From a bacterium (GTDB taxonomy: Bacteria; Hinthialibacterota; Hinthialibacteria; Hinthialibacterales; Hinthialibacteraceae), in contig CAXXMV010000002.1 in NCBI GenBank assembly GCA_963662285.2, positions 1,440,001 to 1,504,000 on the forward strand: 64,000 nt of DNA. Reading direction: 5' to 3'. Shown here piece by piece: positions 9,545-19,700 of the stretch. Below the pieces are notes generated by a model, which worked only from the letters and a program-made list of their open reading frames with translations, searched no databases and had not been told where the DNA came from. The stretch's first letter is position 1. The number at the start of each line of letters is the position of its first letter. A program made the translations under genes and the position numbers.

Positions 9545-12500
9545 TGTTTTTCATTATCTTTGCTATTCTGGATTTTATCTGTATATAGAACAAGTTTTTC
9601 TAAGGCTTCTTCATAGTCCAAGGAAGAAATGTCATCTAGAATGGCATTAAAATCCTCAGGAAACATTGATGGCGTCAGGTGTTCTGTGATCGTTTTCGCC
9701 AGGTCATCAGCGTTTAAGTTGTTCTGATCTAACATAATGCCAAGTTGTGGAAGCATTTCATTGATGATGGTCTCTGGTGAAATAATCTCTTCAGAAATTA
9801 GCGTTTTTTCTTCGGCTGGCAAATCTTTTAAGGTTGAGATCGACTGAATAACTTCTTTCAGATTATTATCAAAATGTTGAAGCGCCTCCTCAATCCTAAT
9901 CAGGTTTTTGCGTTCAATCTCCAGTTCTAATGTTTTGGCGGCGCTATGTAATTGGTTGGCGGATATATTGCCGGCCACGCCCTTAATTGTATGGATTAAT
10001 TTTTTCGCTTCAAGCCAATTTTCTTCTTTAACGAAGGATTGGATATTGGATGTTGATTGACTGTAAGACGTTGAAAATTCCAAGAGAATTTCCTTATAAA
10101 TATGCCGGTTACCTTGTAGTCTGTCTAAGCCTTCGGACAAATCAAGACCTTCCAGAAATTCAGGAAAAGAATCACTGGCGTCTATAATCTGCGGGATCGG
10201 TGCGATTTCTTCTCTATTTTCATTATGTTCTCTATCGGGAATCCATTGCATCAAGGTATTAAAAAGGTTTTCCACATTGATTGGTTTGGAAATATGGTCA
10301 TTCATCCCGGCATCTAAACATTTTTGTTTTTCCTCTTGCATTGCATGAGCCGTCATGGCGATGATCGGAATGTTTTGATATCCCTGTCTCAATCGAATGA
10401 TTTGCGTGGCCTGATAGCCATCCATTTGAGGCATTTGTAAATCCATTAAAATGGCGTCATAGCATTTGTTCTCTACCGCCTTCACTGCTTCTAAGCCATT
10501 ATTGGCGACATCAACCAGAACTCCTTCGCTCTTCAATATTTCAGTGGCTACCAATTGGTTGATACTATTATCTTCCACTAAAAGAATACAGGAATTTCTT
10601 AATTTAGAAAGTCGATTTTGATCCTTGACGCCATCAAGGCTGGATGTTTCCTCAACTTTTGTTCCCAACGCCTTTAATATTGTATTAAATAAAGTTGATT
10701 GTGATAAAGGTTTGGATAAAAACGAGTGTATGCCTACTTCTTTGGCCTGTTGAATGACGCCTTCCATCCTGTAAGCTGAGATCATAATGATCATAGGCGG
10801 TTGAAGGAGTTTTTCATTTTCACGAATTTTTGCAGCAGATTCAATGCCATCCATTTGGGGCATTTGACAATCCATCAACACAACATCAAACGGATTGCCT
10901 TCTTGAGAAGATTGCTGGATTAGATCAATCGCCTCTTGCCCGGAGCATACGGTTTTCACATTCACCGCATTGGATTCCAACATCTCCTGGATTATAATCC
11001 GGGCGGTTTCATTATCATCCACCACCAAGACATTTAATCCTTCAATCTCTTTAAGTCTTTTACGGTAGTGAGGTGGAACTTGCGTTTGTAATTCAAACCG
11101 GGCGGTGAAAGTAAAAGTGCTGCCTTTGTCCGGTTCGCTTGAAACAAAGATTTCTCCGTTCATCATATCAACAAGTTTTTTGCATATTGAAAGCCCCAAT
11201 CCCGTCCCGCCAAATTTTCTGGTAGTCGATTCATCCGCTTGGGTAAAGGAAGAAAAGAGGTTCGGGATGATTTTGGGATCAATACCAATGCCTGTATCAG
11301 TAACCTGGAATTTTATTTGCGCCGTATTGGCAATCATTTTATCAAGCATTACATGAATTACAACTTCTCCCTTTTCGGTGAATTTGATAGCATTAGTTGT
11401 CAGGTTGATAATAATTTGCTGTAGTCGAAGAGGATCTCCAATTAAGGCATACGGAGTTTCCGGTTCTATACGGACCAGCAGTTCAATTCCTTTTTCCGTC
11501 GTCTTGAATGATAGCATTTCGGCTACTAGATCAATGATGTCATGCAGGTAAAAATCAATATTCTCCAGTTCTAATTTTCCCGCTTCAATTTTAGAAAAGT
11601 CAAGGATATCGTTGATAATTCCCAGTAGAGAGTTCGATGAATCCTGTATTTTTTTAAGATAGTCATGCTGAACTCCATCAAGATTGGTTTTCAGCAATAA
11701 ACCGGATAAACCAATAATGGCATTCATGGGAGTGCGTATTTCATGGCTCATATTAGCCAGGAAAAGACTCTTGGATTCATTTGCCTGTTCGGCAAGTATC
11801 ATTGCTTTTTCGAGTTCCTCTTGAGCTTGTTTTTGGGCGGTAATATCCCGGAAGATACTCCGCGTGACAGTTGGTGCGCCATTTTCAAAGCGGCAGTTTA
11901 TGCTGCCGGAAAGAATGATTTCCTCTCTATTTTTTTTCAGAAAGGTTACTTCAACATTGTGTAAAACTGCTCCATTTAATATCTGTTGAAATAACTGATG
12001 GCAATGATCATGCATTTCCGGGCTTATAACATCAAATAAGTTTAATTTTTTGATGTCTTCTTCAGGATATCCTAATATTTCTTTCCACGAGCGATTTACA
12101 AAGACGAAATTGCCATTTGTATCGACGCTCTGAATAAGGTCGCTGGCGTTTTCAAGAAAATCAAGCAGTTGATTTTCATTCTCTAATAAAGCTTCATAAA
12201 TTCGGTTGCGTTCCAGGTTTTCCCTGAATCCTTGCAGTAGAATTCCAGTAGTAGAGGCAAAGGGTTCTAAAAAATGAATCAAATCGTCATCATATCCTCC
12301 CGGACGATTAGCAATTCCATACATCCCGACTAAATTATCACCTGCAAAAATTGGGACGCCGCAAAATGTGTTCAACGGAGGGTGACCATCCGGCAAGCCG
12401 CCCCGGCGGGAATCAGTACCTGGATCATTACTGATGACGATTTCTCCGGTTTTAAGTACATGACCAAATAATGTGTTTAAGTTTCTTAGTTCTAATCCAT

Positions 12501-14562
12501 CAGGGGCCTTATCATTATAAAGTAACTGTGTATTTTCATCCCAGGCTATATTGGTAATCGCAAGGGTTTTCAAATAAGCTTTCTTGTTATCGTCATATAA
12601 TACTTCCCCGATAAAACCATATTCACTTTCGGATGCTTGGATTAAAGTGATGAGCATATCGTCAAAAATCTCATGGGAATTAGCGGCATTGACAAAGCGT
12701 GAGGAAGCCAAATGAAGTGTACGCAGCATTTGGTCTTGTCGATTTTGGAATTTTTCTGATTCGATTTTCTTGGAAATATCCCTTAAAATTCCTACAAAGA
12801 ATAATTCTCCACCCAGTTGCATTTTACCGACAGAAAGATCTAGTGGGGTCTCATTACCATTTTTATGTAACCCGGATACCTCTCGTCCTATACCGATGAT
12901 TTTTGAAATGCCGGACTCTAAATGATTTTTGAGATACTGGTCATGAGCCTTTTGATAAGGTTCAGGCATTAATAGTTTAACATTTTTACCAATTACCTCT
13001 TCTGTGGAATAGCCGAATATTCTTTCAGAGGCTTTATTAAATGTCTGAATAATTCCCTTGGAATCAATTGTTATAATGGAATCCAACACGGTGTCTAGAA
13101 TAGACTGCAATCTGTTTTCATCATCAATTAATGTTTGTTCGGTCTGCTTGCGCCATGTGATATCGGTCGATATAAACAAGTACCCAATTAAAGTATAATT
13201 CGCGTCATACATCTCGCTTATGGCTAAATTAATGCAAATGTTTTCTCCGTTTTGACAGATGCAGGTCCACTCGCGCTCCTTAAATTTATGATGTTTATTT
13301 TGTTCAATAAATTTCTTGATTCCGATTATATCGTGTCCAGACGCTGGTTTCTGATAATTGATAAATTGATTAATCTCACTTTCTTTATGTAGGATCAGGG
13401 GTGTTTGTTTACCCACCATTTCCTTGGCGGAGTAGCCATACATACGCTCGGCGCCTGTGTTAAAAACATCTATAACACCTTGCAGGTCAGTGGCGATAAT
13501 GGAAACCTGCAGGGCTGAATCCAACAAAAAGCGATATTTGGAAATAGCTTCTTCTAAATCCATGGCAATTTGTTTTCGCTGGGTAGTCATTTCAACATGC
13601 ATGATTACCCCGCCGATATTTAAATCCTTATCGGTCCAGGGTTGAATATCCCATTGAAGCCATTCAACTTTTCCATTTGGACAGACAAATATATCTTCAT
13701 CGCATTTCTCTATCGCTCCAGCCAAACAATGTTTATAGATTTTTTTCCAGCGTTGGGGAATATTGGGGAATAATTCATAGTGAGAACGGCCAATAATATC
13801 TTGCTCACCAAGGTCAAAATCTTCCTGCCACTTTTTACTACAATACAGATATCTCATCTCCATATCAAACATGGCAATTGCTGCTGGAGCATTAATGACG
13901 AATTTCTTCAATAATTCTTCGGCTGTTCTTTTATCTAATACCTGCTTTTGGATCTCTATTGATTGACGATGCAGTTCTTCGTTGGATTCTCTGAGATTGT
14001 TTTGAAATTGCTCTACAGTATTTATGGCTGTCAAAAATGATCTATATATCCGGTTCTTTATAATAAAGATCAGCACGGACAATAATAAAGCCGCAGCCTG
14101 AAGAAAAATATAATGTATCCAGGTGGATGAACCGCCTTCCAGCCAGATGGCAATGCCCCATCCTGCTAAACTCACTGCATAGAAAGAGATCAGCCATAGG
14201 GGAGATAAAAAGAAATATCCTACAGCAATAATCAGCAATGAAATATTGGTCGATTGTTGAGGATCAAGAGTCAGGTATAAATGCAATAAACAATTGAGCA
14301 GAACCAGGAAAGCGATCCCAATGGTCAGGGGAATAGCCCATTTTTCACTAATTTCAATACGGATCATATAAATAAAAATCAATAGCATAATTAAAGAAGA
14401 CAAGCCCGATAATGAAATCATTATTATTGCTATAGTGGGAGAGAGAAATAAGTAATGACTAAAAGATATGATTAAATAATAAAAGAAAAGACCAAGCGTC
14501 AGAGGACGGAGGCTTTTCATAAGGATTTTATCATAGGATAAAATCGAGGGTGATGGTTCCAT
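9541..14562 (-). CDS. Hybrid sensor histidine kinase: TM region, 3 PAS, GAF, PAS, HisKA, HATPase, 2 REC, HPt
   Basis: H-box FLANMSHEIRTPMN, N-box NLTTNAIKFT, DTGIG, GGTGLGL, RECs MDCQMP and MDLQMP, HPt IHTIKGVAG; third PAS is FixL-like. Confidence 0.95.
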   Translation of the reverse strand: MEPSPSILSYDKILMKSLRPLTLGLFFYYLIISFSHYLFLSPTIAIIMISLSGLSSLIMLLIFIYMIRIEISEKWAIPLTIGIAFLVLLNCLLHLYLTLDPQQSTNISLLIIAVGYFFLSPLWLISFYAVSLAGWGIAIWLEGGSSTWIHYIFLQAAALLLSVLIFIIKNRIYRSFLTAINTVEQFQNNLRESNEELHRQSIEIQKQVLDKRTAEELLKKFVINAPAAIAMFDMEMRYLYCSKKWQEDFDLGEQDIIGRSHYELFPNIPQRWKKIYKHCLAGAIEKCDEDIFVCPNGKVEWLQWDIQPWTDKDLNIGGVIMHVEMTTQRKQIAMDLEEAISKYRFLLDSALQVSIIATDLQGVIDVFNTGAERMYGYSAKEMVGKQTPLILHKESEINQFINYQKPASGHDIIGIKKFIEQNKHHKFKEREWTCICQNGENICINLAISEMYDANYTLIGYLFISTDITWRKQTEQTLIDDENRLQSILDTVLDSIITIDSKGIIQTFNKASERIFGYSTEEVIGKNVKLLMPEPYQKAHDQYLKNHLESGISKIIGIGREVSGLHKNGNETPLDLSVGKMQLGGELFFVGILRDISKKIESEKFQNRQDQMLRTLHLASSRFVNAANSHEIFDDMLITLIQASESEYGFIGEVLYDDNKKAYLKTLAITNIAWDENTQLLYNDKAPDGLELRNLNTLFGHVLKTGEIVISNDPGTDSRRGGLPDGHPPLNTFCGVPIFAGDNLVGMYGIANRPGGYDDDLIHFLEPFASTTGILLQGFRENLERNRIYEALLENENQLLDFLENASDLIQSVDTNGNFVFVNRSWKEILGYPEEDIKKLNLFDVISPEMHDHCHQLFQQILNGAVLHNVEVTFLKKNREEIILSGSINCRFENGAPTVTRSIFRDITAQKQAQEELEKAMILAEQANESKSLFLANMSHEIRTPMNAIIGLSGLLLKTNLDGVQHDYLKKIQDSSNSLLGIINDILDFSKIEAGKLELENIDFYLHDIIDLVAEMLSFKTTEKGIELLVRIEPETPYALIGDPLRLQQIIINLTTNAIKFTEKGEVVIHVMLDKMIANTAQIKFQVTDTGIGIDPKIIPNLFSSFTQADESTTRKFGGTGLGLSICKKLVDMMNGEIFVSSEPDKGSTFTFTARFELQTQVPPHYRKRLKEIEGLNVLVVDDNETARIIIQEMLESNAVNVKTVCSGQEAIDLIQQSSQEGNPFDVVLMDCQMPQMDGIESAAKIRENEKLLQPPMIIMISAYRMEGVIQQAKEVGIHSFLSKPLSQSTLFNTILKALGTKVEETSSLDGVKDQNRLSKLRNSCILLVEDNSINQLVATEILKSEGVLVDVANNGLEAVKAVENKCYDAILMDLQMPQMDGYQATQIIRLRQGYQNIPIIAMTAHAMQEEKQKCLDAGMNDHISKPINVENLFNTLMQWIPDREHNENREEIAPIPQIIDASDSFPEFLEGLDLSEGLDRLQGNRHIYKEILLEFSTSYSQSTSNIQSFVKEENWLEAKKLIHTIKGVAGNISANQLHSAAKTLELEIERKNLIRIEEALQHFDNNLKEVIQSISTLKDLPAEEKTLISEEIISPETIINEMLPQLGIMLDQNNLNADDLAKTITEHLTPSMFPEDFNAILDDISSLDYEEALEKLVLYTDKIQNSKDNEKQ

Positions 14563-14639
14563 TTCTATATTCCTTAATACAAAATTGATATATTCAATTT
14601 CAACATCAGGGGCGCTTTATACAACCAAACAGTTTGCTC

Positions 14640-16676
14640 CTATGTATCTTCATATTTATCTCGAAAACGATTTTTGAGTTTAGATTTTTCACTATCCCTA
14701 AGTCGTTCAGCAAAAACATCCTCGCTGACGAAAGTGGATTCACTGGACTTGGAGGGAAGATTGAGCAAGGTGTTATAACGATTCATGATCTCCCGGCTCA
14801 ATTCTTTGGGATAATCTGGATTTGATTCATTCATTTCACTTTCGGTAAGGTTCTGACAAGCTTTTTGATATAAATATGGATGTTCTTTCTCTACCCATTT
14901 CAAACCATTACCATGCATTAATTCTTTAATAAACGATAATCGGGAATGTACATCTTTCGAGGATTTCATGGTTTTTTCGAATCGCATTGCTGGATAACGG
15001 GCTAGAAAAGTATTGAGTAAAAGTGGACGCATTAAATCAGGCAGTTTTATTTTAGGAAAATTTGACAACAAATCCTTAATCGCAACAGCCTTATACTTTT
15101 GACGATTAAATACCATAGATGGATTGAAACTATCAATAACGCCAAATTGATTTTTTATTCCAAAACTGGTAAGCAGCGAAAAAGTACCATAGTCCGGCAG
15201 CTGCAGCAAGGGAACCACACGCAATGACCAGCGGTTGTAATAATGTAAAAGATGCTCTCGGTATTGATGGACTTCCATCCAATAGTATATTGAACTGCGA
15301 TCTTCCGATGTGGATGCAGTGTCAGTCAATTCATTTGTAACAACCAGATTGACGTCCGGTTTATCCGGCACAGGAATCAAATCCATCGGTCCAAATACCA
15401 CCGCCTTGGGAATCTCTTGCCATTTCGCATAGTTCTGCAATTCAGCAATATGTTTTTTGATTGAATAATTAAGATGAGGATGTAATTTGGTATGCTTGAT
15501 AATCTCATTAATATTAAACACCGTAAGGAAAAGGCATGTTTCTAAAGATAGCCCGTCAAAACTACACCTGTATGCCTTCAAATCCTTGTTCTTAAATTCC
15601 TCATTCAGAAGATATTCCTTGGTCGAGGTGGATTCTTCTTCAGGATACTGGTCATTATAGGTATAGATATCACCATTTTGATTCAAACCGACAGGAAGCT
15701 TCTCATGCTCAGATGCTTCGTGCAACCGTACGGCAAAAGTCAGTTTGTCGGCTTTAATATTTTGCATGGCGGGTTTTAACAATAATTCATAAATATTCCC
15801 ATCCATTCCTTGATCATACATAAAAGATGCAATCTCTTGAAATCCTTCCATTTGTTTTAATATTGTGAAAAAATATTCTGGATGAGTGAGTATCTCTCGA
15901 ATAGTATTATTCAAGTTGCCTTCTTCACGGGTGGCCGTCAGGGGATGATATAAGTGAAGAGAGCCTTTCTCTCGAGTATGGAATACTCCGGTAATATAAA
16001 TTTTAGATACTTCAGGCAAGTCATCCACCAGCACTTTTGCTTTTGCTTGCCGAATGTCTTTGTTAATATCTTTCAATTCACCGGTTTTATCTGGTTCGAT
16101 TACCTGCTTGAGGTCCTTTGATGCAGCCGTATCGGGTTCATCGGATTTTTCAGTAGTTTTTGATTCTTGATTTTTTGAGATGGTTTGTGATTTTTCATCA
16201 GATGGAGAAAAATCAGTTACAGGAGATTTATAACTTTTTGAAGGTTGACCGATTGCCTTGGCGATGGAAGAACATATCATTTCTTGAGTCATAAATTGTT
16301 TTATGATGTATCCTTTGGCGCCAAGACTAATCGAGGTGCGGACTGACTCATTTCTATTATCGACCGTCAACATGATAATAGAAATATCTTCATCAATTTC
16401 CCGCAGCAAAGGCAAAATAGTTAAACCGCTTCCCAAGGGCATGTTAATATCAAGAAGAACTACGTCGGGGCGATGGGTTGATATCTGATTAACAGATTCC
16501 ACTCCCGTTCCAGCAGTGCCGCACACATTACATCCCTGCTTCTCAAGTAAAGGTTTGACGATATGAATAATGGCTTCATCATCGTCGCAAATAACTATCT
16601 TCAAGTTTTTTAATTGTGGATAACTCTTGTTCATGTCAGCGTTCATGACATTTTCCTTAGAGACTTTCTTATTCAA
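14640..16676 (-). CDS. Response regulator REC fused to an unrecognised ~450-aa C-terminal domain
   Basis: ICDDD...LLDINMP...IIK REC motif, then charged S/T/K/E linker; no known output motif recognised. Confidence 0.8.
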   Translation of the reverse strand: MNKKVSKENVMNADMNKSYPQLKNLKIVICDDDEAIIHIVKPLLEKQGCNVCGTAGTGVESVNQISTHRPDVVLLDINMPLGSGLTILPLLREIDEDISIIMLTVDNRNESVRTSISLGAKGYIIKQFMTQEMICSSIAKAIGQPSKSYKSPVTDFSPSDEKSQTISKNQESKTTEKSDEPDTAASKDLKQVIEPDKTGELKDINKDIRQAKAKVLVDDLPEVSKIYITGVFHTREKGSLHLYHPLTATREEGNLNNTIREILTHPEYFFTILKQMEGFQEIASFMYDQGMDGNIYELLLKPAMQNIKADKLTFAVRLHEASEHEKLPVGLNQNGDIYTYNDQYPEEESTSTKEYLLNEEFKNKDLKAYRCSFDGLSLETCLFLTVFNINEIIKHTKLHPHLNYSIKKHIAELQNYAKWQEIPKAVVFGPMDLIPVPDKPDVNLVVTNELTDTASTSEDRSSIYYWMEVHQYREHLLHYYNRWSLRVVPLLQLPDYGTFSLLTSFGIKNQFGVIDSFNPSMVFNRQKYKAVAIKDLLSNFPKIKLPDLMRPLLLNTFLARYPAMRFEKTMKSSKDVHSRLSFIKELMHGNGLKWVEKEHPYLYQKACQNLTESEMNESNPDYPKELSREIMNRYNTLLNLPSKSSESTFVSEDVFAERLRDSEKSKLKNRFRDKYEDT

Positions 16677-16744
16677 CTAATATAATAGAGAGCGTTTACG
16701 CAATAGGATCATTATAGTATGTTTATAAATGATTTAATAAAAAA

Positions 16745-19700
16745 TCACCATTTAAGCCAACCGCCCTTTTGACGGCGGTTCAGCGCTTTCAATACCACCG
16801 AAGCATTTTGTAGACTTATGCGTTGTCGAATTAAATCCTTATATACTCTTTTGGCCATGCGTTGCCGTTTAATAGCATCATAACCATCGATAAAACTCTC
16901 AATAAATTCTATAATGCCAGTAAGAAAAATTCCTCCTTTACGACTACTTGTTCCCTCTAGATTTTCATATATTTTTTCAAGTTGGATTTCCAGGTTTCTA
17001 GATATTACATTTTGAAAAGCCTGGATATCTTCCCGTTGAGCCGCAAGTGAGGTTTTCAAGTAATCCAAAGTTTCCCGAACAGCGATTTCGCTTAGCAGTC
17101 CGAATTCCTGAAAATTAGCTAGTTCCGTTAAGCCGTCGAGCATAAGAGAAACATCTTCTTGCTGGGCCCTCTGACATGCCTGATGGCATTTATCCCAGGC
17201 CTGCCATCGGTATACGAAATCCAAGCCTGTACCCTTGATATTTTGTATGCCCATAATGTGGTTCAGGTATCCGGGAGGCGTTGACTCGCAGATGGTATGA
17301 ATGACTTCTTCTCCAGATGCATAATAATCATCAATTACAACAAACTTTGAAAAGAAACGATTGGTCAGCAATTTTTTGAGTTCCTGCAAAACTGCAGGAT
17401 CAGACGAATCATTGCTTAGAACTTTCTGTTGTATTGATTCATACTGTTGATAGCTATCCCGTTCCTGCTCAAAATAGCGTTCAATATCTTGCGCAATATC
17501 AACAGGCAAAACTGACGAAAGAACCGAAGATAGTGAATCGGGATCACTTATTATTTGATCAACAACCTGCTCTGCAGGAGGATTATCCACTGCATCCAAC
17601 ATGCTGCTAAGCGCGGATTTAAGCATGTTTTCTGTATAGGGGATGCGGAATTTTTTGGCATACATCAGCAATACATCCTCAGGAGGAGTAACTTTATCCT
17701 GACGTTGGATGCTTAAGGTAATTGTATCTGCATATTGTTCCCAGGCTTCCCGGATGTATCCCATCATCCCCTTCAGGTTGCCGCCGATGAGATAATGACG
17801 ATCAGCGCTTAGGTCATTAACCAGCATCGAGGCGAAGACCCGTGAACGTGGGATGCGGTCAGCGCGATTATTTACTACAGTTGTAACCCAGACGCCCGGA
17901 TCATTTTCCGGATCGTATTGGTGAAATCCCAATCGCGTCCAATTCTCTATGCAACCACGACGCTCGTTGGCCGACATGCCATTTGAGAAATCCAGTTTAC
18001 GACGGTTTAGTTTCGCTGTGGGATGTACTTTCAGTACTCCCAAATCAGGAATGACGTAATCCGCCATTTCTTTTAAGGCGAAATCACGGTCAATCCCCAA
18101 TTCCTCTGCTAAAGAAATCACCAAAGCCACATTAAATGGATGTTCCTTGTATGGAAAACGATCCAATACATCATCAGTCAGCATACCGGCTTCCAACCAG
18201 CCGACAGTATGAAATCGGGTTTTAAATTCTTGACTGGCGTCATGAAGAAGGGGTTTCATTTGTTCCTCACTGGTCAACAGCACCGAGTGTTTAGGAATAA
18301 AACACGTCATCACTTGAGGTATATTAATACCCGCAGGTCCTTGAACATCTTCATGGTCTGGATATGTATTGGTTATCGTGGAAAAATCATCTCTCATCCA
18401 TTTTTTCTGCAAAATCTCAACATAGGAGGGCGTTAATCCCATACATTCCCAAAGATAAACTTCGGAATTAAGACGTGATGCCAAATGAACCACGTCTTTC
18501 TGTTCCCATATCGTAGCCTTGTCATAAGATCGAAAAATAAAGAGTTCGTGCAATCGACCAAAAGTATGACCAAACATAAACATCGCTTCACAACCGGTGG
18601 TTTTGGAAAATACTTGAAATCCACTGGAATTTAACAAGGCGGCTTTTAAACGTTCAGTCCCCGATTTGCCACGGGTTCCCCAACCTCCCATAACCAGAGG
18701 AATTGATTGTCGGGCTTTTTGTAGTCTTCGATAGAGAAGCCAATGATTACCTAAAAATAAAAGCGTTATTGCTACTAGAAATATACTAAGTTCAAATAGA
18801 GAATTTTCGTAAACCGATAGAAAATAATTTAGAATACGTTCTCCTAAACCTTGTAATTCCAGCATCGGAAAGCTCAAAGGAAAAAAACGCTCAATCATTG
18901 GATCGGGAACAGCCTGTTTTTCTTCAATGGTATTATAGGATCGAAAATTGATTCGGAATCCTTTTTGACGCATGGCCTGAATATACTGGCGTGGATCTTT
19001 ATTGCTGGTTTCGCTCCAATTACGCATTTGCGCAAGTAATGCGAAATTAAAAGTAAGGCTTATATAAGCCCATAAGCGGGTCGGCCAAAAACGGGGCGCC
19101 CGGATTTCGGTGATTCCTTCATGCGTATAAAATCGAACTGGTCGATTACGCAATGTATTCAAACAAGAAAGAAAGTCATCCGCCAACGGCAAGTATGGCC
19201 GCCAGCCGTTTTCAGTAGGAATAAAAAGCGGTTCTCCCGGTACTTTGGTTTCTGAAAGTTCCGCCAGAATTGCTGAAGGAGCGCGGATGGAACTGTGCGA
19301 CACGCGTCCGATTGTATGATTAAAGGCCTGTCTTTTATCCGATGACGGATGGCGTAATTCATATATCATTCGCCATAAGCGAAAGCGGAAAACAAAACCA
19401 CGGGTTATGCAGGGTCTCAAAAAACCTCTCTTAAAATCAAGCCCGAAATCGTCCTGGGATAAAACCGCCAATACTCGACCGATAAAATCGTCACTTAATC
19501 CCTTAAACCATTTGCGTGGAATACGACGACTGCGACCAGGAGGAATTGCCTTAATAATGCTTTCCAGTTTTTCCTTCAGTTTTCTCGCCTCAGCGTTGGT
19601 ATTACACCAGATTTGCTCCAATCCCATAGAAGCCCAACGTCGCACCGAAAGAGAGGTTGCGTTAATATGGAGATAGTCCAGGCGCTCCACGGCCATAGCA

